DNA from: Octopus bimaculoides
Taxonomy: Eukaryota
DNA length: 64,000 bases
Assembly: GCF_001194135.2 (NCBI RefSeq)
Contig: NC_068983.1
Coordinates: forward strand, 115,982,886 to 116,046,885
Direction: 5' to 3'
Shown here: piece by piece, positions 22,800-35,723 of the stretch
Layout of the letters: each line of letters starts with the position of its first letter
How positions within the stretch are numbered: position 1 is the stretch's first letter
Position numbers and translations under genes: made by a program
Notes under the pieces: generated by a model
Told to the model about the DNA's origin: nothing
The model's database searches: none
Seen by the model: only the letters and a program-made list of their open reading frames with translations

Positions 22800-24140
22800 T
22801 TTCATCCATCCATTTTCTCTACCCACCTTTTCTTGGAGGATCGTATGGGCAGAGGCCTCGGGTACATCTTCTATACGGTTCTATCAAAATAACCATCTTA
22901 TATCTTTATTGCCCACAAGGGGCTAAACATAGAGGGGACAAACAAGGACAGACAAAGGGATTAAGTCGATTACGTCGACCCCAGTGCGTAACTGGTACTA
23001 AATTTATCAACCCCGAATGGATGAAAGGCAAAGTCGACCTCGGCGGAATTTGAACTCAGAACGTAACGGCAGACGAAATACCGCTATGCATTTCGCCCGG
23101 CGTGCTAACGTTTCTGCCAGCTCGCCGCAAAATAACCATCGTTAGGCTTTCTGGCTGGATTCCCAAGCTTGACCAGATGAGGTTCTAGATATTACCCAAA
23201 CATTTCGTTCTTGGTCTAGCACTATGTTTCCTGCCGGTTGGTTCGAACTGTTTTGCGAAAAAGTAGCGACTCGACCTTGAGAGACTCTCTGACCTCCATG
23301 TTACGAACACTGTCGAGTAACGTTACGCCCAGAGATCCTCGGTCATTATCTTGCTGTGGTCATTCAGGCAGACCATTGCTGAGACTAGGTACGAAAACGA
23401 ATTGAAGATATCGAGACTGGCTTTTTCACCTACCTCTTCTGGCTCATTACCGCGCCTTCTGCTTCCTATCCTTCGTCAATACGGCCCCGAAATACTGAAA
23501 CTTCTCCACTTGTGTCAGTGATGTTCCACTAGCATTCAGAGTGTACTGAGAAAATTTTCTCGAGAAGACCAAAGTCTCAGTCTTTGCAACACTAAATCTC
23601 ATCCCCGCATTGCAGGACTTGGCAGCGAACTCATTCAGTTTATGCTGAATATCATCTTCTGGTGAAGCAAGTAGCTCCATGTCATGTGCAAATACCAGCC
23701 GACCACTCCTACACCCACCAATTGTGACCCACTTCCACAACGGCTGTACATACCAATCCAGTTCACAAAAGTAGGAGTGACAATACGTAATCCTGCCGAA
23801 GTCAAACAGGCTCAAAGGTTTCGTCTTAGCGTCATCTACACGAACACAAACATCTTAGCATTCGACTAGGAATTTCACACCAAACAGAACTTGTTCCGTG
23901 ATTTCAAACTCCTGCAAGACTCTCTTCAGCATTCCTGCAGCATGCGATCATAGCCTTTATGCGATCTACAAAACAAGCTTACATTTCTTGGCAATATTTC
24001 CACGATTTCTCGAAGACCTACTGTAGAGTGTAGAGTTGGTTGTGTCGCGGAAGCCTTATTTTTCTTCAGTAAGCTTAGGCTTCACAGTTTTCCTAGCACA
24101 GACTTTACTGGGAAAAGCTGAAGATGGAGATTTCTTTGTA
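22800..24140 (-). mobile_element. RTE-clade LINE (Expander/Rex3-like), degenerate RT to 3' end, interrupted by a SINE
   Basis: LVFAHDMELLASPEDDIQH...GMRFSVAKTETLVF...LTQVEKFQYFG; 3' end ...ctgccc...gaaaatggatggatg at ~22800-22860. Confidence 0.8.
22898..23128 (-). mobile_element. SINE family A, young full-length copy with TSD
   Basis: TSD aaaataaccatc at 22886-22897 and 23129-23140; inserted inside the RTE LINE. Confidence 0.92.
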
Positions 24141-24648
24141 NNNNNNNNNNNNNNNNNNNNNNNNNNNNNNNNNNNNNNNNNNNNNNNNNNNNNNNNNNNN
24201 NNNNNNNNNNNNNNNNNNNNNNNNNNNNNNNNNNNNNNNNNNNNNNNNNNNNNNNNNNNNNNNNNNNNNNNNNNNNNNNNNNNNNNNNNNNNNNNNNNNN
24301 NNNNNNNNNNNNNNNNNNNNNNNNNNNNNNNNNNNNNNNNNNNNNNNNNNNNNNNNNNNNNNNNNNNNNNNNNNNNNNNNNNNNNNNNNNNNNNNNNNNN
24401 NNNNNNNNNNNNNNNNNNNNNNNNNNNNNNNNNNNNNNNNNNNNNNNNNNNNNNNNNNNNNNNNNNNNNNNNNNNNNNNNNNNNNNNNNNNNNNNNNNNN
24501 NNNNNNNNNNNNNNNNNNNNNNNNNNNNNNNNNNNNNNNNNNNNNNNNNNNNTATAAAATCTTCCATTGTTGTTTAAAAAAATGTCGATGTGTGATTTCC
24601 TGTTAATGTAGTTTGCTATTATCCGGCTGTTATTGCTCTCTCTCTCTC

Positions 24649-24686
<38 letters not shown>

Positions 24687-25021
24687 ACACACACACACAC
24701 CACTCTCTCTGATTCCTATGATTGTTCTTCAGACTATTCTGTCTCGTTCAGTTACAATGTGTAAATCGAGCCAACGAGAGAACCTCTGAATGGTCGGTCG
24801 AACCTAAATATCTCTCAAATTAAACCCTATCATCTTAAGAAAGGAAGGACAAATTGGACAATGTAGTCTTTGACATAAACCAAAAGAAAAACAAAACAGA
24901 GAGAGAGAGAAAGAGACGGACAGACTCGCAGGCAGACAGACAGAGAGGGGGAAAGAGACCAGTAGATAGACATACGGAGAAAAAGGGAGGAGCCAACAGA
25001 TCAACAGAAAGACACAGACAG

Positions 25022-25190
25022 ATGGCTCAAAGGTTTCGTCTTAGCATCAGCTACACGAACACAAACGTCTTAGCATTCGACTAGGAATTTCACACCAAAC
25101 AGAACTTGTTCCGTGATTTCAAACTCCTGCAAGACCCTCCTCAGCATTCCTGCAGCATGCGATCATAGCCTTTACGCGATCTGCAAAACA
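25022..25190 (-). mobile_element. Second fragment of the same RTE LINE
   Basis: Close match to 23810-23975 (ggctcaaaggtttcgtcttagc...gcgatct.caaaac). Confidence 0.8.
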
Positions 25191-25319
25191 GCGAATGAGA
25201 GCCATCGTTGAGAAAGCATCTACGTGATCACTCTACCTGCTAGAAATAGCAGCTAAATCTTATTCATGTCAGACTGAAATGTGAGCACAAATGAGATAGA
25301 TATACAGAATAACGCAAAC

Positions 25320-25550
25320 ACACACACGCACATAAGAACTCACAAACATGAACACACAAACACACAAACACATCAATATGCAGAATACATACATACAAAT
25401 GTACACACACACATACATATATGCATTCGCACACACACACACATACATGCATACACACGTTCATGCATACATACATACATACATACATACATACATACAT
25501 ACATGTGTATGCGCACACACACTGACCCACACACATGCGCACAAACAAAC
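25320..25550. repeat. (CA)n/(ATAC)n compound microsatellite
   Basis: Direct inspection. Confidence 0.9.
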
Positions 25551-25811
25551 AAAAAGAATGCAGCTCGGATAATTGACAGAGTCAATGACTATTGAAAAGA
25601 TTGCAAGACGCAACGAAAATTTTAGGAAAAAAATAAATAAGTAAATGAGTGCAAACTTTACTTGTGGATGTGTTAAATAATAAGGCACTAAAAGAGAATG
25701 ACTCTCCCCAGATACAACATTAAAAATAATTACTACTGTTGATTTGAACGATTAAACCTTTTAAAATGATGCCCGGGCGTGGCTGAAACGAGTAAAAAAA
25801 AGAATATATAC

Positions 25812-26215
25812 ATGGGGACAGGTGCGGCTATGTGGTAAGAAGCTTGCTTCCCAACCACCATGATTCCGGGTTCAGTCCCACTGCGAGGTACCATGGGCAA
25901 GTGTCTCCTACTATAGTCTCCGGCCGACCAAAGCCTTGTGGGTGGATTTGGTGGACAGATACTGAAAAAAGCGTGTCATATATATATATATATATTTGTG
26001 TGTCTGTGTGTCTGTCTATGCTTGTCCCCCCCCCCACTATCGCTTGACAACTGTGTTTAGGTCTCCGTAACCTAACGGTTCGGCAAAAGCGAATGACAGA
26101 ATAAGTACTAGGCTTACAAAGAATAAGCCTTGGGGTCGATTTCTTCGACTAAAGCCCTTTAAGGCGGTGCTCCAGCATGACCGCAGTAAAATTACTGAAA
26201 CCGGTAAAAGAATAT
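25812..26215 (+). mobile_element. tRNA-derived SINE family B (CORE-like domain), full length
   Basis: tgtggtaagaagcttgcttcccaaccac, B box gggttcagtccc, gggcaagtgtct core, internal microsatellite, tail ggcggtgctccagcatg...gtaaaagaat. Confidence 0.88.
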
Positions 26216-26227
26216 ATAAGAAGCACT

Positions 26228-26350
26228 TCTGTACAGTTTCCAAATGGACCTGGACTGTAGGAGAAAACACTTGCCCAAGGCATCGCGAAGTGAGACTAAA
26301 CTCCAAATCACGAGTTTACAAAGCAAACTTCTTAAATCCACGGCTATGCC
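26228..26350 (-). mobile_element. SINE family B head fragment, degenerate
   Basis: acacttgcccaagg...aaagcaaacttctta. Confidence 0.6.
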
Positions 26351-27259
26351 AGCACCTGGCCATTTGGCTAAGATAATGGTTCGATTGTGTTCACACATAA
26401 CTTCGATCAGAATTGCTGTCGAGTCAGAGATAATTAATTAACCTAGCAGTATTTCTTTCTGGTCCAGCTACTCATGCGAGGATTAGAACCTAGTTTTCCA
26501 AATTCCGCATCCACATTGTTGTAATCACAATGGCAGGCCGTTATATACCCCAGCTACCTGTTGCATTCAGTGACACTCCCTGATGTTCGAACCAATTTTT
26601 TTATTAAATCCTTGGGTACAAATTATTCTCCTTCTTTTGTTCACATAGAAGTATTCTCCTTCCATTTAGCTATTCTATGTGATGCCACTAACTAGTTCCT
26701 CTTGAACAGAAATATGCATAGATTGACTGACATAGAATTTGAACTCACATTCAGTGGCTAAGCTACACGTTACAGTTAATCAATGCGTTACATTTAATTC
26801 ACGGGTTACATTTAATTCACTTTCCTCACTGTCATGCGCCAAAAAAAAAATAATGAAAATCAAGAGCTTTAAGGTCCACGTTTATTCATGGTCGTGGGCT
26901 AAATTTTCTTTCCGTTTTAATGAAAAACTCTATTGTGATGTTCATGTCCGGTCAACTGAGGTTATCAAAACCCAATATTTGCACTAATGTTTCTTTTCTT
27001 TCGTTTTTTCCTCTTTTTCAGTTGTATTATCTTCTTGTATTCTTTACTTTTTCGCTCTTATTATCTTGGCTTTGTTCCACTTGGTTTGACACCTTTTCCC
27101 TACTAAAATGATCCGTCACGTTTGATTTTTCTGTCTCCCAGTAGAGTGCAACTTTACGATATTTCTTTTCACTACCACAGTTGCATAAGCTGGTTCAAGT
27201 GGAACGACCAGGTAGCATCACAAATAAGAGAAATAAGTAGGAGAATATCTTTTGTAGGG

Positions 27260-27420
27260 AGAGTAGAATGAGAACTATCTGCGCCCCGTAGATGTGATAA
27301 AAGAATCAGTTTGAAATTTCAAGAAAGTTACCGAATGTGACAGGAACCTGAAGAAGGCCAGAGAGTACAGTAGCCGAAACATTGTGACTATAACAACTCA
27401 AATGAGGACATTAGTGCGAT
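27260..27420 (+). mobile_element. Divergent solo relative of the hammerhead arm
   Basis: gaatgagaac...gtttgaaatttc...ctgaaga-a-ggc...gcc-gaaac-att...gaggaca parallels the arm at 19525-19630; core at 27348-27383. Confidence 0.6.
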
Positions 27421-27429
27421 TATATCGTC

Positions 27430-27690
27430 GACAATGTGACGTAGCATTCTGTCAGTTGACTCTCCGCCATTGAATCGTGCACTGTGTATTGAGTGGCTTC
27501 AGTCAAATCTCGTTCTCGATGCGAACCGATGCAAGTCCTTCCTCTTCTTCGAAATGCTTCGGTGCTGTGCTCGGGTATCTCCATCCATATTTGAACACTG
27601 CTTTTTGTGGGATTGACTCCTCGGCTTATTCTGCATGATCCACAATGCCACAAGCTTCCATTCCGAATTTTGGATTTTTCTGTTTCTCAT
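27430..27690 (-). other. GC-richer non-repetitive segment with two overlapping open frames; candidate exon or unknown relic
   Basis: ORFs 27420-27653 and 27499-27807; possible acceptor gaaacag|; no homology recognised. Confidence 0.2.
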
Positions 27691-28339
27691 GAAATAATTT
27701 CTTTTCACTTGCCAAAGAATAAGAAGACATTTAATTATCAAAATAAATCTACATTTAAGAATCTTGTAAAGAACTTTAAATCTTGAGGTTTCGTTTTCTT
27801 TGTACAAATCAAGCTAAAAAACGTTTGAAATGTTCCATGTTTATTTTCAAATTATCTAACTAGCTTTCTATAATAAAAAAAAAAGAAAAAACTTTTAATT
27901 ATATCTAATAGAGATGTAGCCGACCGAGTCGATAAGGTCTCATACAAATGGCAAAAATAAATGCTTCATGTCCTTTGGTGACACAGTCACGTTCTCATCA
28001 TACAAAAGACATTTAATTCTCAGTAGTCCATTCTCTCTAGCTGTAATAAGAGGCTTTTACACGGTCACTCAGCCTAGTAGGATTAGTAGCCATATCTCCC
28101 ATAAATAACATACTATCGCCCTAATACTCTTGTACACAGATCTAAAAAAGGTTGTTTGGTCACGGCTGGAGCGTTGGTTGAATGATAAAAAGTTGATATA
28201 GAAAATATAAATAGTCCAGCATTTAGCTCAACACCGAGACTGAGGAATATTAAGAAGCAACGAATGACTCAACACAAAACAGACTATAATAATATCAGCG
28301 AAAAGGTTGAAGTAGCCCAACACAAACTTCACAAATAGA

Positions 28340-28710
28340 CAGCAGGCAACACAAGGCACTAAAAGTGAGTCAATGAAAGAGCTAAGTATAGCAGCTGAAT
28401 CTCACACAAATCACACTCTACCACTGGAGAATGTAGTCTTCAGCGCACAATGTTTGGAAAAAGACAGAATGGTCGCGTTTAAATTGCTCACACAACGGAA
28501 ACATCTAAGTAGTCACTCGATCTGCTTGAATTAACAATTAAATCGCCGTATTACACCTTACTGTCTTAAAAATGGAAGGACATATTGGCTAATGTAGTCT
28601 TAGATACACTATGCTTGAAAAGGAGTTGAGATAGCCACGGCCGGGTTGTTTTGATCATAAGTGTGATTAACCAGGGCTAACCTGAGAATAAGCAACAACA
28701 ACAGCAACCA
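28340..28710 (+). mobile_element. Repeat family D, two tandem degenerate copies
   Basis: tatagcagctgaatctc...; gtcactcgatctgcttg...cacggccgg...ttgatcata...caacaacaac. Confidence 0.55.
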
Positions 28711-29199
28711 TTTCTCTTTTTATCCACATCACCAAAGAAAATCAAATATAATCAACCTTCTATCAACAGAAATGTATCACGCGCGCGAGTACAATACTGT
28801 AAATTACTTACCCCATCTCTAAAAGACGTTTACAAAATTCACGAAAACAAACTAGGCACAAAACACATTTAGAACTCTGACAAATATACACACACACACA
28901 CACCGCACGTATGTGTATTCAAGATGAAGAAACAAGAACACTGATGTACAAAAACTATTTTAAATCCATCTTGTATTATCGTATCATCTCTGGGCTTCCC
29001 TGTACATTTTACTCCAAACTGCAATAAGCTCCAAAAAAACACGAAACAGTACGCTCCACATTATCAGAGACTGCACACAAATTACACTCTCAATCCACAG
29101 TCCAACAACATAACTTGTTGCAAACTCCAACCCTCAAGTTTTCCCTTTCCCTCCAAAAGAAAAAAACCTTCAAATATATCTAGAATAGTGTTTCTCAAA

Positions 29200-29466
29200 G
29201 GGGGTGGGGTTTTGGCTTCATAAGAAGAGCGGAAAAATTGTCATCTATACTATATATAAAACAGACATGTGTGTGTAATCGCTTTTCACGTGAAATCGAC
29301 TTCACCAAATGCTTCCATACTTGTGATGCGTGAATAATTTGACCTCGGATAAATCTTAGGCTCTTCATTTGATTTTTTTAATTAAAAATAAATAATATTG
29401 CTTTATATTTAAGATTCACTTCTTTAAAAAGTTCCTCAATGTCAACTTCCGGTATTGACGTAACAA
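29200..29466 (-). promoter_or_regulatory. Promoter-like cluster with a downstream minus-strand donor at 28812
   Basis: acttccgg 29445-29452 next to tgacgtaa 29456-29463, tttcacgtgaaa 29284-29295, ggggtgggg; minus-strand gatggg|gtaagt at 28812/28811. Confidence 0.3.
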
Positions 29467-29949
29467 NNNNNNNNNNNNNNNNNNNNNNNNNNNNNNNNNN
29501 NNNNNNNNNNNNNNNNNNNNNNNNNNNNNNNNNNNNNNNNNNNNNNNNNNNNNNNNNNNNNNNNNNNNNNNNNNNNNNNNNNNNNNNNNNNNNNNNNNNN
29601 NNNNNNNNNNNNNNNNNNNNNNNNNNNNNNNNNNNNNNNNNNNNNNNNNNNNNNNNNNNNNNNNNNNNNNNNNNNNNNNNNNNNNNNNNNNNNNNNNNNN
29701 NNNNNNNNNNNNNNNNNNNNNNNNNNNNNNNNNNNNNNNNNNNNNNNNNNNNNNNNNNNNNNNNNNNNNNNNNNNNNNNNNNNNNNNNNNNNNNNNNNNN
29801 NNNNNNNNNNNNNNNNNNNNNNNNNNNNNNNNNNNNNNNNNNNNNNNNCTCACACTCTGTCTCTTACAAACACACACATACATAAATGTATACAAACATA
29901 TTTACAAAGACACACGTGTGTATGCGCGCGCGCGTGCGTGCGTGCGTGG

Positions 29950-30239
29950 GGGTTCCACAATCGCCATTTATTTCAATTACTCTTGTGAGGATATTCACGT
30001 AAATCATTTTTTTCATTTAATCCCCATTTTAATTTTCGTAAAAGTTTCCAAGTACCAATGAGGCTTTTTGGCACATCTTCAATTTTCCCCATTCATAAGA
30101 GGCGCCCAGCCATCATTCATCTGAGAGTCCATCTACAGAATGTCCTCTCAAATTTCTATACAGCATATTTTGCCTTTTTTTTCTTCAAGTATATAAGCAA
30201 CAATTTCATTCCCGAGCAACTCCGGGTGCCTCTGCTAGT
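29950..30239 (+). mobile_element. Non-autonomous Helitron-like element, 3' end (5' boundary uncertain)
   Basis: cccgagcaactccggg hairpin 30211-30226, then CTAG|T at 30235-30239. Confidence 0.55.
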
Positions 30240-31904
30240 CTTAAATAAAATTAAGATAGTTTTAATTTTTAAACTTGTCCAGCGTCATGACTAAGAACTA
30301 TACGGATGCAAATTCTGTGCTGTCCTCTTATTAATAAAGATGGCGCGGGGAGGGACAAAAATCTGTTATTAATATTTTTAAAAAGTGGGGATGGTTTGGT
30401 CGGTTTGAAAACCACAGATGCAGAATGCATCCATGAAAGCACTAAAATCTTATCTTAAAAATACTATCCTTTTTAATCAGCTAATACAAACATAAAAATA
30501 TATGCACGCAAAACTGTTCTGGGATGCACACACCACACTATTAAGTAGATGTGTTGAGGAACAACAACCCTTTCATAACCACCAGAACCTACTGGTATAA
30601 ACGAATCAACCCGGGAAGCGTCAACGCGTTCTTTGAGCCTACTGGTAATAACAACCAAAATCTCTTAAATTACATCACAAAAGGACACGTTAGACCATCA
30701 GTCAATGTTTTAAAAATCAACGTTGGAATGCGTTTGATCATCGCTAACCTAGAGCTAAACAACAACAAAAAAATAATAATAATGTTCATTCGAGAAGTAA
30801 GAGTGTATCACTTTGACCACATTAGGTGAAAATAACGAACTAAAAAGAAGAAATGAACTTTTATCTCTTATCACAATATCAAAAGATTGTGTATTTTTAG
30901 AATGATCTATTGATTAGTGATAACTGTTGTAATTATCCATATTGTTCTACAAATTCTCTGTTCATAAAACAAACAATTGAACCACTAATTATAATTAACT
31001 TTACCTTTACTCCTTAAATTTCTTACTCAAATATAATATAATATAATATAATATAATATAATATAACATAATATAATATATATATATATATATATATNNN
31101 NNNNNNNNNNNNNNNNNNNNNNNNNNNNNNNNNNNNNNNNNNNNNNNNNNNNNNNNNNNNNNNNNNNNNNNNNNNNNNNNNNNNNNNNNNNNNNNNNNNN
31201 NNNNNNNNNNNNNNNNNNNNNNNNNNNNNNNNNNNNNNNNNNNNNNNNNNNNNNNNNNNNNNNNNNNNNNNNNNNNNNNNNNNNNNNNNNNNNNNNNNNN
31301 NNNNNNNNNNNNNNNNNNNNNNNNNNNNNNNNNNNNNNNNNNNNNNNNNNNNNNNNNNNNNNNNNNNNNNNNNNNNNNNNNNNNNNNNNNNNCTATCATC
31401 ACTTTTCGTTTTCATCAATTCTAACGCTGGTCTATAAAATGTCGCGCTGTCAAGAAGTGTATATTAAAGGAGTCTTATTCTGTCTTCTGCATAATTGAGA
31501 GAGGGACAAGGGTGGTGGTATTTGTCACATTCAGAACCACTGAGCAAAGCAAGCCCTGTGATTAAGCGTAAGGGAGGTGAAACAAGCTTTTATACTATAC
31601 ATTAATATATAAAACAGGGCTTTTGTGTGTGTGTGTGTGTGTTTGTCTGTGTGTATGTGTGCGCGCGCGCATGTTCCTTTTGGTTTCAGAAACTGAGTTG
31701 CCGATTTCGACGTGTGAGGTATCTTTCAACTGCCGGGTAAATTATATTTTTTGTACAACTCTTTTTCTTTACAAAACTAACATCGAAAACGAGGTCGGGT
31801 TGCACGATTTTGAAGTCTTTAGCTAAGACAGGCAACTCTGCCTGAACAATCTTTATCAATACTCGATTTAAAAACAAATGTAAACACACACACACACATA
31901 TTAG

Positions 31905-32042
31905 GTGCAAGAATGAGTACGAGGTTGAGAAGTTTGCTTCCCAACCAAGGTACCTCTGCATGGTACCTTGGGCAAGTGTTTTCTGCTATAGCCCTAGACC
32001 AACCACAGACTTGTGACAGAATTTAGTAGACGGAAACTGCAG
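31905..32042 (+). mobile_element. SINE family B head and core, truncated
   Basis: ttgcttcccaacc...ccttgggcaagtgt...gtagacggaaactg. Confidence 0.7.
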
Positions 32043-32169
32043 CATTGTTCATCAGAAAATTACTGAAAAACATGTTTATAAAAAAGAGTTGTTTGCTTCA
32101 TATTCCTGGTGTGCCGATTCTGCCCATTAGAAAGGAACAAATAATACAATGTGGATGTAGGTTATAACA

Positions 32170-32198
32170 CCGGAGCAACGCCGGGGTGCATTGATAGT
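32170..32198 (+). mobile_element. Helitron-like 3' terminus, degenerate
   Basis: ccggagcaacgccgggg hairpin followed by atagt (CTAGT variant); same form as 30211. Confidence 0.4.
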
Positions 32199-32875
32199 AT
32201 AAACTATGGATGGCTCGGTGTTGGTAAAAGAAAGGGAACGAAACATTACTAAAAAATGATAACATTTTCCGGGAGAAAAATGAGTTATCTTCCATGGATT
32301 GGTGTTTGTCTATTACGCGTGCGCTTGTGTGTGTGTGCGTGTACCTATATGACGTCCCCTAGTGCAAAAATGGACACTCCCACGAATTTACACTTATTGA
32401 GTTTAGGAGAGTATCCGGGTCGTGTGAATTTTTTGGAATGATTCTTCTCTCCGTAAAGCTATGCTTGCAATGTCTACTTCCATTCAGATACGGCTCAGGC
32501 TGTTCCAGCAATTTTCCAGTTGATTAATGCGTTGCTTCCGCTTTTAATCACCAGTTATGATATAATAACCCCTAAACTTGAAGCCCTAAAACTTTGGGGC
32601 TAAATCGGTAATCAGTATTTTGACTACAAAATGTTAACCATTCAAAGTTTTGCACTATCTTATTTTACTTAAATAATGAATGTTATTAAGAAGGGCATGA
32701 ACGCCACACAATCGCACTGATTCATATCTCAAGTTCAGATCCAGACTATGGAAGCCAGAGAGAGAGGGGGGAAGAGTGGGGGAGGGGTAAAGTGTCTTGA
32801 TTACTAGCTCATGACACATTCAGCTGGTCATTGGAGATAATGTCGTTTCTGATAATATTCTATTCGGCGGTACTC

Positions 32876-32933
<58 letters not shown>

Positions 32934-33257
32934 GCGTGCGTGTGCGTGCGTGTGCGTGATCGATACACTGATGACAAAGAGCATTATTTCAAGTGGTAAC
33001 AGATACAAGTCTAAACGAGTGTTTATCATAAAGAGATATCGACTGCAATATTAAAGGTTTAATCATTCGTTATCATTCGACAACGAAACTGTTTACTTAA
33101 CTGTATATGCATACGCTCACACTTAAATTTACAGGTAGTATGCACACATACACACATTCACATGAACACACAATTATTTCTTGTATGTACGTACTTGTAA
33201 TGTTTACTTACTATGTATACGAACCACACATACGTGTCTAAGTATGTATATGTGCGT

Positions 33258-33625
33258 GTGTGTATGGAAAGTGGTGTAAGAAGTCTGCTTCGCGACCACG
33301 AGGTTACGGTTTCAATTCCACAGCGTGTTATACGTCGTGATATACAGCGTGGAATTATGGGCAGGCCCCATTACTGTAGCTTCAGATCATCCTAAGCCCT
33401 GCGAGTGAAATTTGTTCGACGGAAACTGTGTGGAAGCCTGCTGAATGGATTGTACCAGTAATTTAAGGTTCCAGCATCGTCTCACACTGTATGACATAAA
33501 TTCTGCTTGAGAGTGATGTAAAGGATATTCATGGATGTGGAATATTTGACCACTTCACGGTAATTCAATGAGTAGGTTGTTCAATTAATCAAAAACTGGA
33601 CACTCGTGCATCGAAATCAAAGGAA
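33258..33625 (+). mobile_element. Old SINE with family B-like head and family C-like tail
   Basis: gtggtgtaagaagtctgcttcgcgaccac...ggaaactg...gtaggttgttcaatt...actggacactcgt. Confidence 0.5.
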
Positions 33626-35504
33626 AAGATCATTTTATGTATGTGAGTGAGTGTGCGTGTGTGTGTGTGTTTGTGTGTATGTGTGTGTGTGTGTGTAAGA
33701 GAGAGAGGGAGAGAGAGAGATAGGGACAGAGAGACTTAAACATACTTGCATATTTTGCTTCGCTTACACTGACAAAACTAAATACCTTGTGATTCTTGGT
33801 TCGAATTCAGTCAGTGAATTATGTAACTCGGTTGATATGATAAAATATTTCCTCCATGCAAAATTTGAGACCTTGTTCCAAATTTGGAAAATAATATTTT
33901 ATGGAACTGCTAACATACTTAAATTATTCAACTGCTAACATACTTAATTATTCAAGTATAGCCTTGAATTTAATCAAGGTTATACTCGTATTGCATTGAG
34001 ATCGACAAAGTCAAGGGACCCAACTCTAAATTCAATAGACAAAATATTAAGATGACGCAATAGAAACACAGTTAAAAGAGGAATTAAGTAATGAGAAGAC
34101 GGTGGAATTGGCAGAACACCATATAAAGTTTTTTGAGGCATTTACGCTCTGAGTTCAAATTCTGCAGGGTTTGTCATTTTTCTTTCAACCCTCTACGAGG
34201 TGGCAATAAACCAAGGTATCTGTTAAATATAGGAGTGGTTAAAAATACAGTACCAAAATTTTGAAGACTTGTTCAAATGTGAGAAATTATCATTCTTTTA
34301 GTTTTTAAGTCGGCTGAGTGATAACTTCGCTGTTTGACCAGAGCAGGAAATATTTTGTGGCATTCAATCGCGAATATTTACGTTTTAACCTCAAATCCCG
34401 CTATGGTCAAACTTTACCTTGCAACTTTCTGGAGCCGACAGAGAAAAGATATTAATCAAACACTGTGATTAATTAAATGCACCCCTCCACATTTCCCCAA
34501 ACTTTAATGCTTTCTTTTCGATTTTTTTTTTTTATATAATTCATTATTCTATTAGACTGGATTTTTTTTTTTACATTTTTACAGAACATTTTTTTATCTA
34601 ACGTATGTGGAATGTTTAAAGAAAATTTTAATAAGATGTCGATGGCGTAAATAATATAGCAGCTACAAAATGGTTCCTAACGTTGGCACTCCTAACGAAG
34701 TCTTATTCTTTTACTTGTATGGTGGAGATCGTCGACGTTGTTGTCGTCGCCGTCGCCGTCGCCGTCGTCACCGTCATTGTCATCGTTTTCATCGTTTACA
34801 TCGTCGCTGTTGTTGTTGTTCAACTCAAGCTCAGCTCTGATAAGTATACCTACGATCAAATGCATTCACACCAGATATGACTGGTACTAGAGTTACCAAT
34901 ACCATAACAATGAAAAATTAAATGAGAAATGGCAGTATTTGAACTTATGTAACTAAACAATAGTTACAACTTAATTTTTTTTTTTTTATAAATTGGTGAA
35001 AATAAGTAATAAAGCCACAAAATTTGAGGTTTGTCTATCGTTAATTAAGTCAGGTCTCATTACATGAGCAATATATGAATTATCTACACGATTCCCTAAA
35101 AAGGACTTGAAGTCGATTATATTGGTTTCAGTATCAGCCACCCTGCATCCATAGAGGTGGCGTCTATTGTTGTGTAATCAGCTTATGATAGATTCACTAT
35201 GACTCAAGCTCTCGATTCAAATCCATAATAATGGCGACACAGAGTAATGGGAATCGGCGAAAGTAGTGAAAAAAATTGAGTGGTGGTTATTTAGGCGCGA
35301 CTATCGTTTGTTTGATTAAGAAGTTCACTTTGTAACCATCTATTCCGGTTCAGTCACACATTGAACAAGTTGTTTTCTACAATAATTTTGAGTTGACTAA
35401 TGCCTAATGAGTGAAACTGGTAGATGGAAACTAGAAGGAAGCTCGTTGTGTGTGTATATGCAAGTATGTATATATGCATGTGTATTCTCCCTGTCAGTGT
35501 TTAA

Positions 35505-35723
35505 CCTTTTGGAATTTAAACCGGCCATATCTAACCCAGATATTGTATCTGTTATATTGTTCAGATTAACCAGATCTGTGCTCTCACACTTACTCCACAA
35601 TATCATTTTAAGAATAAACAGTTACATTATCGAATCTCAAAGCTACAAGATAATGCATGCTTAATTCAAACCAATGTGAATAAATAATCACTATATTTGA
35701 CAGATAATCTGAATGCTAAAGGG
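35505..35723. mobile_element. piggyBac-type MITE
   Basis: TTAA at 35501-35504 and 35724-35727; termini cctttt.gaattta / atctgaatgctaaaggg. Confidence 0.75.

Noticed and set aside
32960-33030. ctgatga...taaacgagtgtt
   Set aside because: No GAAA and no cleavable triplet.
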